DNA of 64,000 nt from Owenia fusiformis (Eukaryota). The notes under the pieces are model-generated. The model made no database searches. It worked only from the letters and a program-made list of their open reading frames with translations, and had not been told where the DNA came from. Made by a program: the position numbers and the translations under genes. Below, one piece after another: positions 62,923 to 64,000 of the stretch. The stretch covers positions 29,078,001-29,142,000 of the forward strand of contig CAIIXF020000001.1 in the NCBI GenBank assembly GCA_903813345.2, read 5' to 3'. How positions within the stretch are numbered: the stretch's first letter is position 1; each line of letters begins with the position of its first letter.

Positions 62923-62930
62923 CTGGAAAA

Positions 62931-64000
62931 AGCATCGACACATGATCAAGCATTGTCACGTGATCAAACAAAATGTCAATCCAAAAATTTTCTCCTCGTA
63001 AAATTGAGTTTTAGAGCTAAAATGACATAGCACCCCCAATTAAAAGACAACGGAGGAAAGAAGAACCGATAGACAACTTGACTAGAGCAGAAAAATAACG
63101 ACAAAGGACCGTACTAACCTGAATCTGGCCTCGGAAGTGTAGAAATTTTGAACAAAAGAAAACCCCGCCAAATTACGACATCGGATATGGCTTCAAAAGA
63201 TTCTCCAAGAGTAAGACATTCAAGTGTAAATCTTCTAGGGAATATTGTTCTTAGTGATCTTGGAATCGCAAAAGATAGTGAAAAGGGATCGGATTCAGAG
63301 ATTGAAAATGAAATGTCGCAAAATATTGCCGAAAAGGTACCTGCAGAAAATGAGTCCACTTCCGGTGAAAGAAAAAATACACGTTCGTCGACGAAAGCTG
63401 CAAAAAACAACAAGGTAAAGGTAAAAAAAGACACCAAGAGGAAAGACAAAGGTGACGGAGAGGGAGTTGGCAAGGTAATTATTGACTATCCATGTGAATT
63501 CTGTAAAAAACCACCCGCAGAAATCCAGTGTGAGCGTTGTTTGAAATGGGCTTGTATCACATGCCAAGACCTGTCCCTAAATCTGATTGGAATTCTTCAA
63601 AAGCACAAAAATATTCATTGGTACTGTAAACAATGTAGTCCCATTGTAGATCAGTCAGTTCAAGCATCAAGATCGGCAAGACCAAAAACAAATGACTCAA
63701 ATTTAACTGATCCCCTTGTTGAGACACAATTACAGCAAATATCAACAGTTCTCGGAGAAATAACAACAAAATTAGCCGACATACAGGGGAAGCAGGATAA
63801 GGTATCACCCCAAAACAATTCCGAGAAAAGCAATTCCACTCAAAGTAATACTGAATCAGAACATGTGCCCCCTCAGCCAGCCAATACAAATGTAACAGCA
63901 TCACTGCGTGAATATGCTGAAAGGGAAAAACGCAAAAACAATCTAGTCATATTTAATATTCCAGAAAGTAAAGCCAGCACACCACGTCAAAGATTGTTGG
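62931..64000 (+). mobile_element. 5' end of a CR1/L2-group LINE (5'UTR + ORF1), truncated by the window edge
   Basis: Open frame from ATG 63187 to the edge with a PHD finger, coiled coil and REKRKNNLVIFNIPES motif; 5' boundary approximate. Confidence 0.85.
63187..63999 (+). CDS. LINE ORF1 protein (PHD finger + coiled coil + RRM start), partial
   Basis: CEFC...IQCERCLKWACITC...WYCKQC; no stop before the window end, so it is absent from the ORF track. Confidence 0.85.
   Translation, partial: MASKDSPRVRHSSVNLLGNIVLSDLGIAKDSEKGSDSEIENEMSQNIAEKVPAENESTSGERKNTRSSTKAAKNNKVKVKKDTKRKDKGDGEGVGKVIIDYPCEFCKKPPAEIQCERCLKWACITCQDLSLNLIGILQKHKNIHWYCKQCSPIVDQSVQASRSARPKTNDSNLTDPLVETQLQQISTVLGEITTKLADIQGKQDKVSPQNNSEKSNSTQSNTESEHVPPQPANTNVTASLREYAEREKRKNNLVIFNIPESKASTPRQRLL

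Noticed and set aside
63114-63904. Minus-strand ORFs 63114..63473, 63295..63567, 63557..63904
   Set aside because: Antisense shadows of the + strand LINE ORF1.

Overview
AT-rich animal genomic DNA, probably a mollusc or other lophotrochozoan (inferred from the repeat families and gene type); not prokaryotic. The main content is a minus-strand, head-to-tail cluster of type I cytokine receptor (Domeless/gp130-like) genes. (1) A complete gene, CDS 48323->21310, hand-spliced in consistent phase to 908 or 914 aa (signal peptide, Ig, cytokine-binding module, 3 more FN3, TM, cytoplasmic tail). It carries a tandem-duplicated pair of exons (35038-35210, 34785-34975) in the ligand-binding domain that can only be used mutually exclusively. 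(2) The 3' half of an upstream paralogue (62922->57276) that stops before any TM segment: a candidate secreted decoy receptor or a pseudogene. (3) A paralogous promoter/non-coding exon 1 at about 9973-10345, implying a third copy; both promoters share an Inr and STAT-type sites. Introns and intergenic DNA are packed with often nested non-autonomous transposons: MULE, Harbinger, Tc1/mariner, hAT-like, TTAA, Transib-like, a 4.5-kb foldback element, satellite-bearing Helentron-like elements, a tRNA-in-LTR TRIM, and the 5' end of a CR1/L2-type LINE with a PHD ORF1. Everything was read by eye; no database searches were run.
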